Assembly (NCBI GenBank): GCA_963719705.1
Contig: CAVRCV010000012.1
Location: 4,581-68,580, forward strand
Length of the DNA stretch: 64,000 nt
Direction: 5' to 3'
Source: an uncultured Actinomycetota bacterium
Lineage (GTDB): Bacteria > Actinomycetota > Actinomycetes > Streptosporangiales > Streptosporangiaceae
This document shows, in pieces, positions 20,361 through 29,621 of the stretch (positions are counted from its first letter, which is position 1; every line of letters begins with the position of its first letter). Made by a program: the position numbers and the translations under genes. The notes below the pieces were generated by a model. It saw only the letters and a program-made list of their open reading frames with translations, made no database searches and was not told where the DNA came from.

Positions 20361-21064
20361 TCACATGCTTTTGTTTACGTCCTGGCGCGAGACTGGCTCA
20401 CCGTAGCGGCGGCGGCGCATCTCGGCGGTGACGTCGGCCAGCTCGGCGGCGGTCAGGATGCTGGGTGAGCCATACGAGCGGGCCAGGCGGTAGACCCGGG
20501 CCAGCCATTCCAGCAGCAGGGCCCGGTCGTAGGCCTCGGCGAGGGTCCGGCCGCAGCAGACCGCGCCGTGGTTGCGCAGGATACGGCCTGCCGTCCGGTC
20601 AGCGCGCGGGCCGCGGCACCGGCCAGCTCGTCCGAGCCGAACCTGGCGTAGGGCGCGACCCGGACCGGGCCGCCCAGGCCGGTGATCGCGTAGTGGATGG
20701 CGGGCAGCTCGTCGCAGCCCGCCGACAGCGCGATGACCTCGGCCGAGTGGGTGTGCACGATCGCCCGGGCCGCGGTCGCCGCGTAGATCGCCAGGTGCAT
20801 CGGCGCCTCGGAGGACGGTACGGCCAGCTCCTGGCCGGCCCGGGCGGTCCGGTGACCTGTTGGCGAGATCAGGCAGATGTCGCCGGGGCGCAGGTCGCGG
20901 TAGCCGACGCCGGACGGGGTGATCGCGACCTCGCCACCGGGCAGCCGGACGCTGAGGTTGCCCGCGGTGCCGATGGCCAGCCCGTCATCCAGTAGCCGCG
21001 CGCAGCAGGCGACCAGCTCAGCCCGCACGGCGCGCAGCTGGGCCGGGCTGCTGGTATCCACCAC
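20361..21064 (-). pseudogene. Class II aldolase/adducin family protein (fuculose-phosphate-aldolase-like), one frame break
   Basis: GTAGNLSVRL...ITPSGV.Y..L, SSEAPMHLAIY, IVHTHS. After ALTGRQAV (~20590) the adjacent frame continues LRNHGAVCCGRTLAEAYDRALLLEWLARVY... to stop TGA at 20361-20363. Confidence 0.7.
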
Positions 21065-21099
21065 CCCAGGATGCCGGATCCCGCCGGCGGCAGTAGCGT

Positions 21100-21744
21100 G
21101 TGGCCGTGCCGTCTGGTGCTCACTTGCTGGCCTTTGCCCTGCTGTCGCTCGCGCTGATCGTGGTGCCGGGGCCGAACGTGCTGTTCGTGATCAGCCGCTC
21201 GCTGCAGCTCGGCCGGGCGGCCGGCATCGGTACCGCGGTGGGCGGCCAGGGCGGGGTCTACGTCCAGGTGAGCGCCGTGGCGCTCGGCATCGGGGTGCTG
21301 GTCGAGCGGTCCGCGATCGTGTTCACGGCGATCAAGCTGGCGGGCGCGGCCTACCTGGTGTACCTGGGGGTGCAGGCGGTGCGGCACCGCCGGTCGCTGG
21401 CCGAGGCGCTGAGTGCGGCGGTACCGGCCAAGACCCGGCTGGCGATCTTGCGGGACGGCTTCCTGGTCGGGCTGACCAACCCCAAGGCCGCGATCTTCTT
21501 CGCCGCGGTGCTGCCGCAGTTCGTCAACCGCGGGGCCGGTCACGTGCCGGCCCAGATGCTGCTGCTTGGCGCGATCTTCATCGCGATCGCGATGGTGTCG
21601 GACAGCACCTGGGCGCTGGCGGCCGGCACGGCCAGGGCCTGGCTGGGCCGCTCGCCCCGGCGGCTGGAGCTGATCGGCGGCAGCGGCGGCCTGGTCATGA
21701 TCGGCATCGGCGCCAGCCTGGCCCTGACCGGCCGCAGCGACTAG
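21100..21744 (+). CDS. LysE/RhtB family amino-acid exporter
   Basis: FALLSLALIVVPGPNVLFVISRSL, about six TM segments, ~210 aa. Typical LysE topology. Confidence 0.8.
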   Translation: MAVPSGAHLLAFALLSLALIVVPGPNVLFVISRSLQLGRAAGIGTAVGGQGGVYVQVSAVALGIGVLVERSAIVFTAIKLAGAAYLVYLGVQAVRHRRSLAEALSAAVPAKTRLAILRDGFLVGLTNPKAAIFFAAVLPQFVNRGAGHVPAQMLLLGAIFIAIAMVSDSTWALAAGTARAWLGRSPRRLELIGGSGGLVMIGIGASLALTGRSD

Positions 21745-21761
21745 CTCCCCCAGGCCGGCGA

Positions 21762-22664
21762 CTAGCTCCCCAGGCCGGCATAGGCCACGGCCAGGCGGGC
21801 GGCCAGCGCCGCGTTGTCCACGATCAGCCGCTGGTTGACCTCGACGCTGCGGCCCTCGCTCAGCTCCTCGACACCGGCCAGCACGGCCGGGGTCACCGCC
21901 TGCCCGGTGATGCCGGACTGCTGCACCCGCCGCACCGCCTCGGTGACCAGCGCATCCAGGTCAAGGCCGCCGTCCGGCGGCCGGGCCAGGATCAGCCCGG
22001 ACGCCGGGCTCAGCTGCCAGTGCGCGGCGGCTACCCGGGCCGCCTCCTCGATCCCGGTGATCACCGCGGACACCGGCGGGCCGCCGTCGGCCCGGTAGAA
22101 CAGCGGCAGCGTGCTGGTCCGCCAGCCGAGCACCGGCACGCCGAGGGTCTCCAGCAGCTCGGCGGTGGCCGGCACGTCCAGGATTGACTTGGCCCCGGAG
22201 CAGACCACGACCGCCGGGGTGCGGGCGAGCTGCGGCAGGTCGGCGGAGATGTCCAGGCTCTCGGCGAAGTCTCGGTGCACGCCGCCGATCCCGCCGGTGG
22301 CCAGGAACCGCAGCCCGGCCGCCCGGCACACGGCCAGCGTGCCGCCCACCGTGGTCGCGCCCAGCGCGCCCTGGACCACGCACGCGGCCAGGTCGCGCGC
22401 GCCGCACTTGCGCGCGCCCTGGCCCGCCTCGGCGAACCTGGCCAGCTCGGCCGCGCTCAGCCCGACCCTGATCGCGCCGTCCAGCACGCCCACCGTGGCC
22501 GGGACCGCGCCGTGCGCGCGCACCCGCTCCTCCGACTGCCGGGCGGCCAGCAGCCCGCGGCCCGCCGAGAAGCCGTGCGAGACCAGGGTGGTCTCCAGCG
22601 CTACCACCGGCTGGCCGTCCCGCAGTGCCCCGGCCACCTCGTCCGCCACCCGCAGGAAGCTCAC
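21762..22664 (-). CDS. psuG: Pseudouridine-5'-phosphate glycosidase
   Basis: 300-aa intact ORF. VAGALRDGQPVVALETTLVSHG, GATTVGGTLAVCRAAGLRFLATGGIGGVHR, VVCSGAKSILD. Confidence 0.85.
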   Translation of the reverse strand: MSFLRVADEVAGALRDGQPVVALETTLVSHGFSAGRGLLAARQSEERVRAHGAVPATVGVLDGAIRVGLSAAELARFAEAGQGARKCGARDLAACVVQGALGATTVGGTLAVCRAAGLRFLATGGIGGVHRDFAESLDISADLPQLARTPAVVVCSGAKSILDVPATAELLETLGVPVLGWRTSTLPLFYRADGGPPVSAVITGIEEAARVAAAHWQLSPASGLILARPPDGGLDLDALVTEAVRRVQQSGITGQAVTPAVLAGVEELSEGRSVEVNQRLIVDNAALAARLAVAYAGLGS

Positions 22665-23461
22665 GGCATCGCCCCCATCGTCGCCACCGCCCTGGCCGCC
22701 GCGGTGAGCCCCAGCTCGATCCCCCCGACGATATAGCCGGCCGCGAACGCGTCCCCCGCGCCGGTCGCGTCCACCGGTACCGTCGGCCGGGCCGGGTAAT
22801 GCCGTCCGGCCGCCAGCACGCCGCCGGGACCCAGCTTGACCACGAGCTCGGTGCCGGGCACCGGGCCGATCAGCTCGGCCTCGGCCCGGTTGCCCAGCAG
22901 CACGTCCGGCCGCAGGCCGGTGATCAGCTCCCGGAGCCGGCCCGGCCCGGCGGCGGCAATCGCCGCGGTCGAGGACAGGTCAATGCTCAGCCGGGCCGAG
23001 CGACGGGCCGCGGCGCGTGCTGCCGCCAGCGCCGCGGTCCGGATCGGCTCGGTGACCAGGCTGTAGGCGGGCAGGTGCAGCCAGCTGCACCCGGCCAGCC
23101 AGGCCCTCGCATGACCGTCCGCGGCCAGTTCCGGGCCGACGCCGCGGTCGGTCAGCATCGAGCGCCTGCTGCCGGAGTCCGACAGCGAGACGATCACGCC
23201 GGTCCGGCCGGCCAGCACCGGCCCGGCCAGCTCGACCCCGCGCCGGGCCAGTTCCGCGGCAACCAGCCCGGCGGCCGGGTCGCTGCCGCGCGCCGCGATC
23301 ACCCGGCTCCGGCCGCCCAGCGCCGCCACCCAGGCGGCGACGTTGGCCGCCTGGCCGCCGACGCCCAGCGAGGTGATGGCCGGCGTGTCGGTCTCCTCGG
23401 CCACCGGCCCGGACAGCCGGACCACCACGTCAACGTGCGCATCACCAAGAACGCAGATCAC
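22661..23461 (-). CDS. psuK: PfkB family sugar/nucleoside kinase (pseudouridine kinase-like)
   Basis: ATGA overlap with psuG. GTG 23461 gives VICVLGDAHVDVV..GGQAANVA...DATGAGDAFAAGY (PfkB signature). The longer 355-aa ORF overlaps the neighbouring gene. Confidence 0.7.
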   Translation of the reverse strand: MICVLGDAHVDVVVRLSGPVAEETDTPAITSLGVGGQAANVAAWVAALGGRSRVIAARGSDPAAGLVAAELARRGVELAGPVLAGRTGVIVSLSDSGSRRSMLTDRGVGPELAADGHARAWLAGCSWLHLPAYSLVTEPIRTAALAAARAAARRSARLSIDLSSTAAIAAAGPGRLRELITGLRPDVLLGNRAEAELIGPVPGTELVVKLGPGGVLAAGRHYPARPTVPVDATGAGDAFAAGYIVGGIELGLTAAARAVATMGAMP

Positions 23462-23475
23462 ACCCGGAGTCTGCC

Positions 23476-24548
23476 CTAACGGCGGAACGCGGCCCGGGTT
23501 GCGGCTGCGGTGGAGCTGAAGTACTCGGGTGGTTCGATGAAGCCCCACTCGTTGAAGGTCGCGCCCTTGGTGATGGCGCGCCGGTAGCCGAAGCAGGCGA
23601 GGTAGAGCGTCCGGATATACATGACCGCTTCGAGCCGGTCGAGTTCCTCGCCGGTCGGCTCGACATGCCGGCGGTAGGCACCGACGGCAGCGTCGATCCA
23701 CTCCTGGTTCGGCCGGCGCGGGTTCCACGAACCCGCGCCCCAGATCAGGTAAGCGAGGTCGGCGAGCCGCGGCCCGCGCCCGGACGCCTTCCAGTTGATC
23801 GCGACTGGCCCCTGCTCGCTCAGCACGGCGTGATCGGGGGCGTGCAGGAGGTTTCCGTGCAGCAGGCCCTCCGGCAGGCCGTGACCGTCGTCGGCCGAGA
23901 GCACCTGGCCGCGGAGCCGCTCGAATCGCTCGCGCTCGGCGGCGGCGACCTTCGTGTCGACGGCGTCGAGAAACGACAGGGCCGCCAGCAGGTCCTGACG
24001 CGGCGTGCCCTCACGGCTCGGGTCCTCACCACTTGCTCCACCGGGGCGGCCGGCGGATTCGTCATACGGCAGCGCGTGCAGCCGTCCGAGCAGCTCGCCC
24101 ATCATGGCGAACTTCGCGGCACCGTCAGGGAGCCGGACCCCCTCAACGAACCGCGTCACCAGGACCGCGCTGCCCTCGAAGTCAGATACCGCCTCGTCGG
24201 CCGCCAGGCGCTCCGCGGGATAGTCCTGCCGCTCCAGGAACCTGAGGATTGCAGCGTCGCCGTCAGCGCCGGCCCGCGGCCGGGCGGGGGGAACGCGCGG
24301 GCGACCCACGGGCTGCCGTCATTGCGATCGATCCGGAACACATAGGTCTTGTGCACGCTGAGCCTGGTCGCCCCGACCGGGTCAATGCCGTAGCGATCCC
24401 GGAGATGAGCGAGCAGCCGCTCGGGAACTGGCTCGTGGTGCATGCGCACGCCGAGGCCCTTGAGATCCGTCAGCGCTCCGGTGTAGCGCTGACCGGTCTG
24501 CTCGGCGTGGCGCCGGACAGCCTTCTTGAAGCTGGCGTCCCTGGTCAT
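23476..24548 (-). pseudogene. APH-type phosphotransferase family protein, one frame break at a homopolymer
   Basis: N-terminal ORF (MTRDASFKKAV...SPWVARAFPP) and C-terminal ORF (ARPRAGADGDAAILRFLERQDYPAERL...GLLHGNLLHAPDHAVL...LADLAYLIWG) join at the G6/C6 run at 24285-24290. HGNL..N and D-containing APH catalytic-loop motifs are present. Confidence 0.7.
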
Positions 24549-24945
24549 GGCAAGTCTCCCCTTGACACCCTGGTCCCCCAGCGACGCGGTGTTGGAAGAG
24601 GCCTGTGACATTGCCGACCGAGAGGGCGAATCCCCTTCGCCGCTAGAACTCCGGCTGGGGCGGATGTTCCACAGCTCGGCGACCGGTCGCCGCCGTGAAC
24701 AAACTCTTCCTGAGGCTCCCGGTCTTCGTCAAGCGCAGAACGCGCTCCCGGCGGCACCCCGGTGACCCGTGGCCAGCGGAATTGGCGGCCGGGCCCGCCC
24801 GCGCTAGCCTCTGGCCGGTGAGCAGCGCGACGGAGGAGCCGGCCTGGCTGGCTCGTGACACCGGGCCGCTGCCGGCCGTCATCACGGTCCCGCCACCACC
24901 GGGCGGGCTGCCAACGGGCCGGCCGGGACGGACCGGCTGACCCGG

Positions 24946-26417
24946 ATGCTGGGCATCGCGTCGGCGGCCAGCATCGGCAGCTCCATCGCGATCATGGTCG
25001 CGGTCTCGGTGGTCCGGGACGGCTGGGCGCTGCCGGCCGCGCCGCTCCCGCCGGCCGGGCCGCCGTGGGGGCTGTCCCCGCACGTCTCGCTCACCACGGT
25101 GACCATGGCGCTGTGGGCGGCGGTCGCACTCGGCGGGACCGGCGTCGGAGCGGGGCTGGCCGCGGTGGCCCGCGGCGCCCGGCCGCCGGCCCGGCTGCTG
25201 ATCGCTGCCTCGCTGGTCGCGGTCGCCGCGCTGACCGTGCTGCCGCCAGCCGGCTCGGGCGACGCGCTCAGCTATGCCAGCTACGGCCGGATCGCCGCGA
25301 CAGGCCACAACCCGTACCTGATGACCCCGGCCCAGCTGGCCGCGGCCGGCGACCCGGTGGCCAGGTCCGCGCCGCTGCTGTGGCGGCACACCGTGTCGGT
25401 CTACGGCCCGGCGGCCACCGCCGAGCAGTGGGCCGCCGCCGAGCTCGGCGGCGGCTCGGCGCTGCGGATCACGTTCTGGCTGAAGCTCTGGGACGCGCTG
25501 GCGTTCGTGCTGGTGCTGGCGGGCCTGGACCGGATGCTGCGCGCCGACCCGGCCCGGCGGGCCAGGGCGCACCTGCTCTGGTCGGTCAACCCGCTGCTGC
25601 TCTGGGTCCTGATCGCGGCCGGGCACGCTGACCTGATGGCCGCCGCTGCCGGGCTGGCAAGCGTGGTCATGCTCGGCCGCGTGGACCGGGCGGGTCAGCC
25701 AGGCACCAGCTGGGTGACCCGGCTGGCCCGTCCGGCCGCCGCCGGCCTGCTGGCCGGGCTGGCCGGCGACATCAAGATCAGCTACCTGCTGTTCGCGGCC
25801 GGGATCGCCTGGGCGCTGCGCCGCTCCCCGGCCGCGCTGGCCGCCGCGGCGGCCGGGGTGCTCGCCGTGCTGGCGCCGTCCTACCTGTGGTTCGGCACCC
25901 CGTCGCTGACCGCGCCGCTGCTGCGCGGCGACCAGGCGGGCCGGATCAGCTTCTACCGGCTCCTGCACCTGCCGCAGCAGCCGGGCTGGATCGTGCTGGC
26001 GGTGTCCGCTGCCCTGTTCCTGGCGGTGGCCGCGGCCATGCTGGCCCGGCTGCCGGACCCGCCCGGTCTGCGCAGTTGGCCCTGCCCGCCGCCCTCACGC
26101 CGGTCCTGGCGCTGTCGGTGGCCTGGCTGTTCACCTGGTCCTACCAGCTGCCCTGGTACGACACGATGGCGATCTGCCTGCTCGCGCTGTACCCGGCCGG
26201 CTGGCTGGACTGGCTGGTGCTGGCCCGGCTCGCCGTCGCCACGCTCAGCCAGGTGCCCGGCACCGACGACGCCCTGCACCACCTGTCCTACCTGGGCCGG
26301 GCCTACCTGGATATCGAGCTGATCGCGACTCCCGTGGTCATGCTCGCCGCGCTGGCCGCCCTGCTCTGGCTGTGCCTGACCCGCTCCTGGCACCTGGCCC
26401 AGGTCCGGGCAGGATGA
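24946..26417 (+). pseudogene. GT-C fold membrane mannosyltransferase (MptB/DUF2029-like), one frame break
   Basis: Many TM helices. GDALSYASYGRIAATGHNPYLMTPAQL...LLWRHTVSVYGPAAT resembles the MptB/PimE-type loop. The C-terminus continues in the frame of ORF 25887..26417 (LALPAALTPVLALSVAWLF...). Break at ~26070. Confidence 0.6.
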
Positions 26418-26460
26418 CAGCGGCATGACCGCCCGCTAGTGCTGCACATCTGATGCAGGA

Positions 26461-29388
26461 CTACCGGGCCGTGACCACGTTGACGATGCGGCCGGGGACC
26501 ACCACCATCCGCTCGACCGGCCCGGCCTGGCCGACGTACCGGGCGAAGTCGGGGTGCTCCTTCAGGATCTGGCTGGTCAGCTCCTCACCGGCATCCGGCG
26601 GCGTCTCGATCCGGAACCGGACCTTGCCGTCCACCCGGACCGGAACGATGACCATCGGCGCCGCCCCGGCCAGGTCGCCGGGCTCGGGGAAGGGCGCGTA
26701 GCAGACCGATCCGTCGTGGCCCAGCCGGGCCCACAGCTCCTCGGCGATGTGCGGCGCCAGCGGCGCGACCATCAGCACCAGCGGCTCGGCCAGCGCCCTG
26801 GGCAGCGCGCCGCGGGCCGCGACGATCCGCTGGGCCAGGTTGTTCAGCTCCTGCAGCCGGGCGACCGCGATGTTGAACCGCAGCCCGCACGAACAGCTCG
26901 CGGACCGAGCTCACCGTGTCGTGCAGCTGCCGGGCGGTGGCGGCGTCCAGCTCGCCGTCGTCCACGATCAGCGCGCCGGTCTGCTCGTCGATCAGGTTCC
27001 GCCACAGCCGCTGCAGGAACCGGTAGACCCCCACCACGTCGTCGGTCTGCCAGGGCCGCTCGGCCTCCATCGGGCCGATCGCCATCTCGTACATCCGCAG
27101 CGTGTCGGCCCCGTAGGCGGCGTACATCTCGTCCGGGCTTATCCCGTTCTTCAGGCTCTTGCCCATCTTGCCGATCCGCCGGGTGACCGGCTCGCCCTGC
27201 CAGCACGGACCGCCGTCGGCCCCGGCGGCGACCTCGGCGGCCGGCACGTAGAAGCCGCGGGCGTCGGTGAACGCGTCGGCCTGGATCATGCCCTGGTTGA
27301 ACAGCCGCCGGAACGGCTCGGCGGTCGACACGTGACCCAGGTCGTACAGCACCATGTGCCAGAACCTCGAGTACAGCAGGTGCAGCACCGCGTGCTCGGC
27401 CCCGCCCACGTACAGGTCCACGCCGCCCTCGCCGGGCGGCGCCCCGGCGGGCACCATCCAGTACCGCTCGATCACCGGGTCGACCAGCGCCTGGTCGTTG
27501 CGCGGATCCAGGTAGCGCAGGTAGTACCAGCACGATCCGGCCCACTGCGGCATCACGTTCAGCTCGCGCCGGTAGCTGCGCGGCCCGTCGCCCAGGTCCA
27601 GCTCGACCGTGGCCCAGTCCCGCGCCCTGGCCAGCGGCGGCACCGGCTCGCCAGCGTCTAGGTCCTCGCCGTCCGGCTCTGGGGCCCGGAACTCGGTCAG
27701 CTCGGGCAGGGTGACCGGCAGCTGGTCATCGGGCAGCGCGACCGGCAGCCCGGCCTCGTCATACACGATCGGGAACGGCTCGCCCCAGTACCGCTGCCGG
27801 GAGAACAGCCAGTCCCGCAGCCTGCAGGTCCGCTGCCGCGAACCCGTGCCCGGACTCCTCCAGCCAGCCGGTGACGGTCGCGATCGCCGCCTGCACGCTG
27901 GCCCCGGCCAGGTCGACTCCGGTGCCGGACCAGCCGGAGTAGGCGCCATCGCCGCTCAGCACCTCGGTCACGGGCAGCCCGAACTCGCGCGCGAATGCCA
28001 GGTCCCGCTCGTCGTGCGCGGGCACCGCCATGATCGCCCCGGTGCCGTAGTCCATCAGCACGTAGTCGGCCAGGAACACCGGCATCGCGCGCGCCGGTCA
28101 CCGGGTTGGTCACGTGCGAGCCGGTGAACACACCGGTCACCGGGACCGGCCGGCCCGGTGCCGCTCCGCCGCCGCCGCCGCGTGCTCCCGGTAGGCCGCC
28201 ACCGCGGCGGCCGGGCCTGCGCCGGACCGACGCTGGGCGACCGCCGCGAACTGCCACGCCTGCGGGGTGCCGTCCGGCCAGTCGTCCGCGATCAGCCCGT
28301 CGGCCTGCGGGTGCTCGGGGGCCAGGACCAGGAAGGTGGCACCGGGCAGGGTGTCCGGGCGGGTGGTGAACACCGTGACCAGGCCGCCGGGGCGCCCGGC
28401 GCCTGGCCCGGCCTGGCCAGCATCGAACCGGATAGCGGCGCCGTCGCTGATCCCGATCCAGTTGCGCTGCATCACCTTGATCGGCTCCGGCCAGTCCAGC
28501 GTGTCCAGCCCGGCCACCAGCCGCTCGGCGTAGGCGGAGATCCGCAGCATCCACTGCCGCAGCGGCCGCCGGAATACCGGGAAGTTCCCCACGTCGCTGC
28601 GGCCCTCGGCGGTGACCTCCTCGTTTGCCAGCACCGTGCCCAGGCCGGGGCACCAGTTGACCGGCTCCTGCGAGATGTAGGCCAGGCGGTACTCGTTCAC
28701 CACCTTCCGGCGGGTCAGCTCGTCCAGCTCAGCCCACGGCAGGCCGCCGGGGTTCGCCTGGCCGGACGGCTGCCGCGTCCCGGCCTCGAACTCGGCGACC
28801 AGCTCGGCGACCGGCCTGGCCCGGCCCTGGACGGGGTCGAACCAGCTGCCGAACAGCCGCAGGAAGATCCACTGGGTCCAGCGGTAGTAGCCGGGGTCGG
28901 TGGTCACGATCTCCCGTCTGGTGTCGTGGCCCAGGCCCAGCCAGGCGCAGCTGGGCGCGCATGATCTCGATGTTCCTGGCGGTGGTGACGGCCGGGTGCT
29001 GCCCGGTGCTGATCGCGTACTGCTCGGCCGGCAGGCCGAACGCGTCGTAGCCGTACGGATGCAGCACCGCGTGCCCGGTCATCCGCAGGAACCGGGCGTA
29101 CACGTCGGTGCCGACGTAGCCGACCGCGTGGCCGACGTGCAGTCCGGCCCCGCTCGGGTAGGCGAACATGTCCAGCATGTAGAACTTCGGCCGGCCGGCC
29201 ATCCGGTCGAAGCCCGCCGATAGCGGCCCGACCGGGTTCGGCGCCCGAAAGGTCCCCTCCGCTTCCCACCGGTCCTGCCACGCCAGCTCGATCCGGTTGG
29301 CCAGGGCCGCGTTATACCGAAACGGGGGCTCGGCGCTCGTGCCGTCGCCTGATACTGCAACCTGGTCGGCGCTGACCTGCTCGCTCAT
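26461..29388 (-). pseudogene. leuS: Leucyl-tRNA synthetase, at least 5 frame breaks as assembled
   Basis: Six collinear ORF pieces (28729..29421, 28137..28907, 27697..28653, 27759..28085, 26585..27949, 26461..26778). Motifs: PSGAGLHVGHAVGY (HIGH), [39 protein letters not shown] (KMSKS). Breaks at ~28950, ~28145, ~28088, ~27840, ~26890. ATG 29388 is preceded by GGAGGA. Confidence 0.85.
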
Positions 29389-29418
29389 CGGATCCTCCAA
29401 CGGTAGATAAATGGGAAA

Positions 29419-29441
29419 CAAAAAAGCCCCGCTGAGGGGCT
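29419..29441 (-). terminator. Intrinsic terminator inside the leuS 5' leader
   Basis: Minus strand reads AGCCCC-UCAGC-GGGGCU followed by UUUUUU. It ends 30 nt before the leuS ATG. No upstream minus-strand gene exists for it to terminate. Confidence 0.5.
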
Positions 29442-29442
29442 G

Positions 29443-29480
29443 CCGCGCTGACGAGTCCTGCCGGGGTGCGGTCAGCGCGG
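29443..29480 (-). promoter_or_regulatory. Perfect 10-bp hairpin overlapping the leader-ORF stop codon (attenuator element candidate)
   Basis: CCGCGCUGAC (18-nt loop) GUCAGCGCGG on the minus strand. The 5' arm can alternatively pair with UCAGCG in the downstream terminator. Confidence 0.4.
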
Positions 29481-29513
29481 CCCGGTAAGGAGGAGGTTGC
29501 GGCGAACGGTCAT
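29472..29513 (-). CDS. Candidate 13-aa leuS leader peptide MTVRRNLLLTGPR
   Basis: AUG ACC GUU CGC CGC AAC CUC CUC CUU ACC GGG CCG CGC UGA. Three consecutive Leu codons. A TATCCT -10-like hexamer ends 6 nt upstream of the AUG (possible leaderless start). Confidence 0.35.
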   Translation of the reverse strand: MTVRRNLLLTGPR

Positions 29514-29621
29514 GCCCTCAGGATACCGGCCTGGGCCGGCCGGGAAAAGCGCAAACCACTGGACACGAAAGGCCGGGACATGAAATGCCGGGACGCGAAT
29601 CACCAGGCAATACTGGGCAGC

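Noticed and set aside
20341-20385. AT-rich ACGTAAAG...CTTTTGTTTACGT inverted repeat at the convergent junction of the Clp-N remnant and the aldolase.
   Set aside because: It is most simply a shared terminator or stop-codon region (both stops lie inside it). There is no evidence for a specific regulatory role.
29487-29583. Plus-strand AAGGAGGAGG (29487-29496) as a Shine-Dalgarno for a 24-aa plus-strand ORF (ATG 29512) or for the amidase.
   Set aside because: Spacing to ATG 29512 is ~15 nt, which is too long. The 24-aa product is non-descript, and the amidase homology starts only at ~29622. The purine run is better explained as the complement of the CUC CUC CUU Leu run. This alternative cannot be fully excluded without data.
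29389-29620. T-box riboswitch as the explanation for the structured leuS leader.
   Set aside because: No T-box motif (AAUUAGGGUGGUACCGCG-like), specifier-loop context or AG/GNUGNGA boxes are recognisable on the minus strand. The leader-peptide model fits better.
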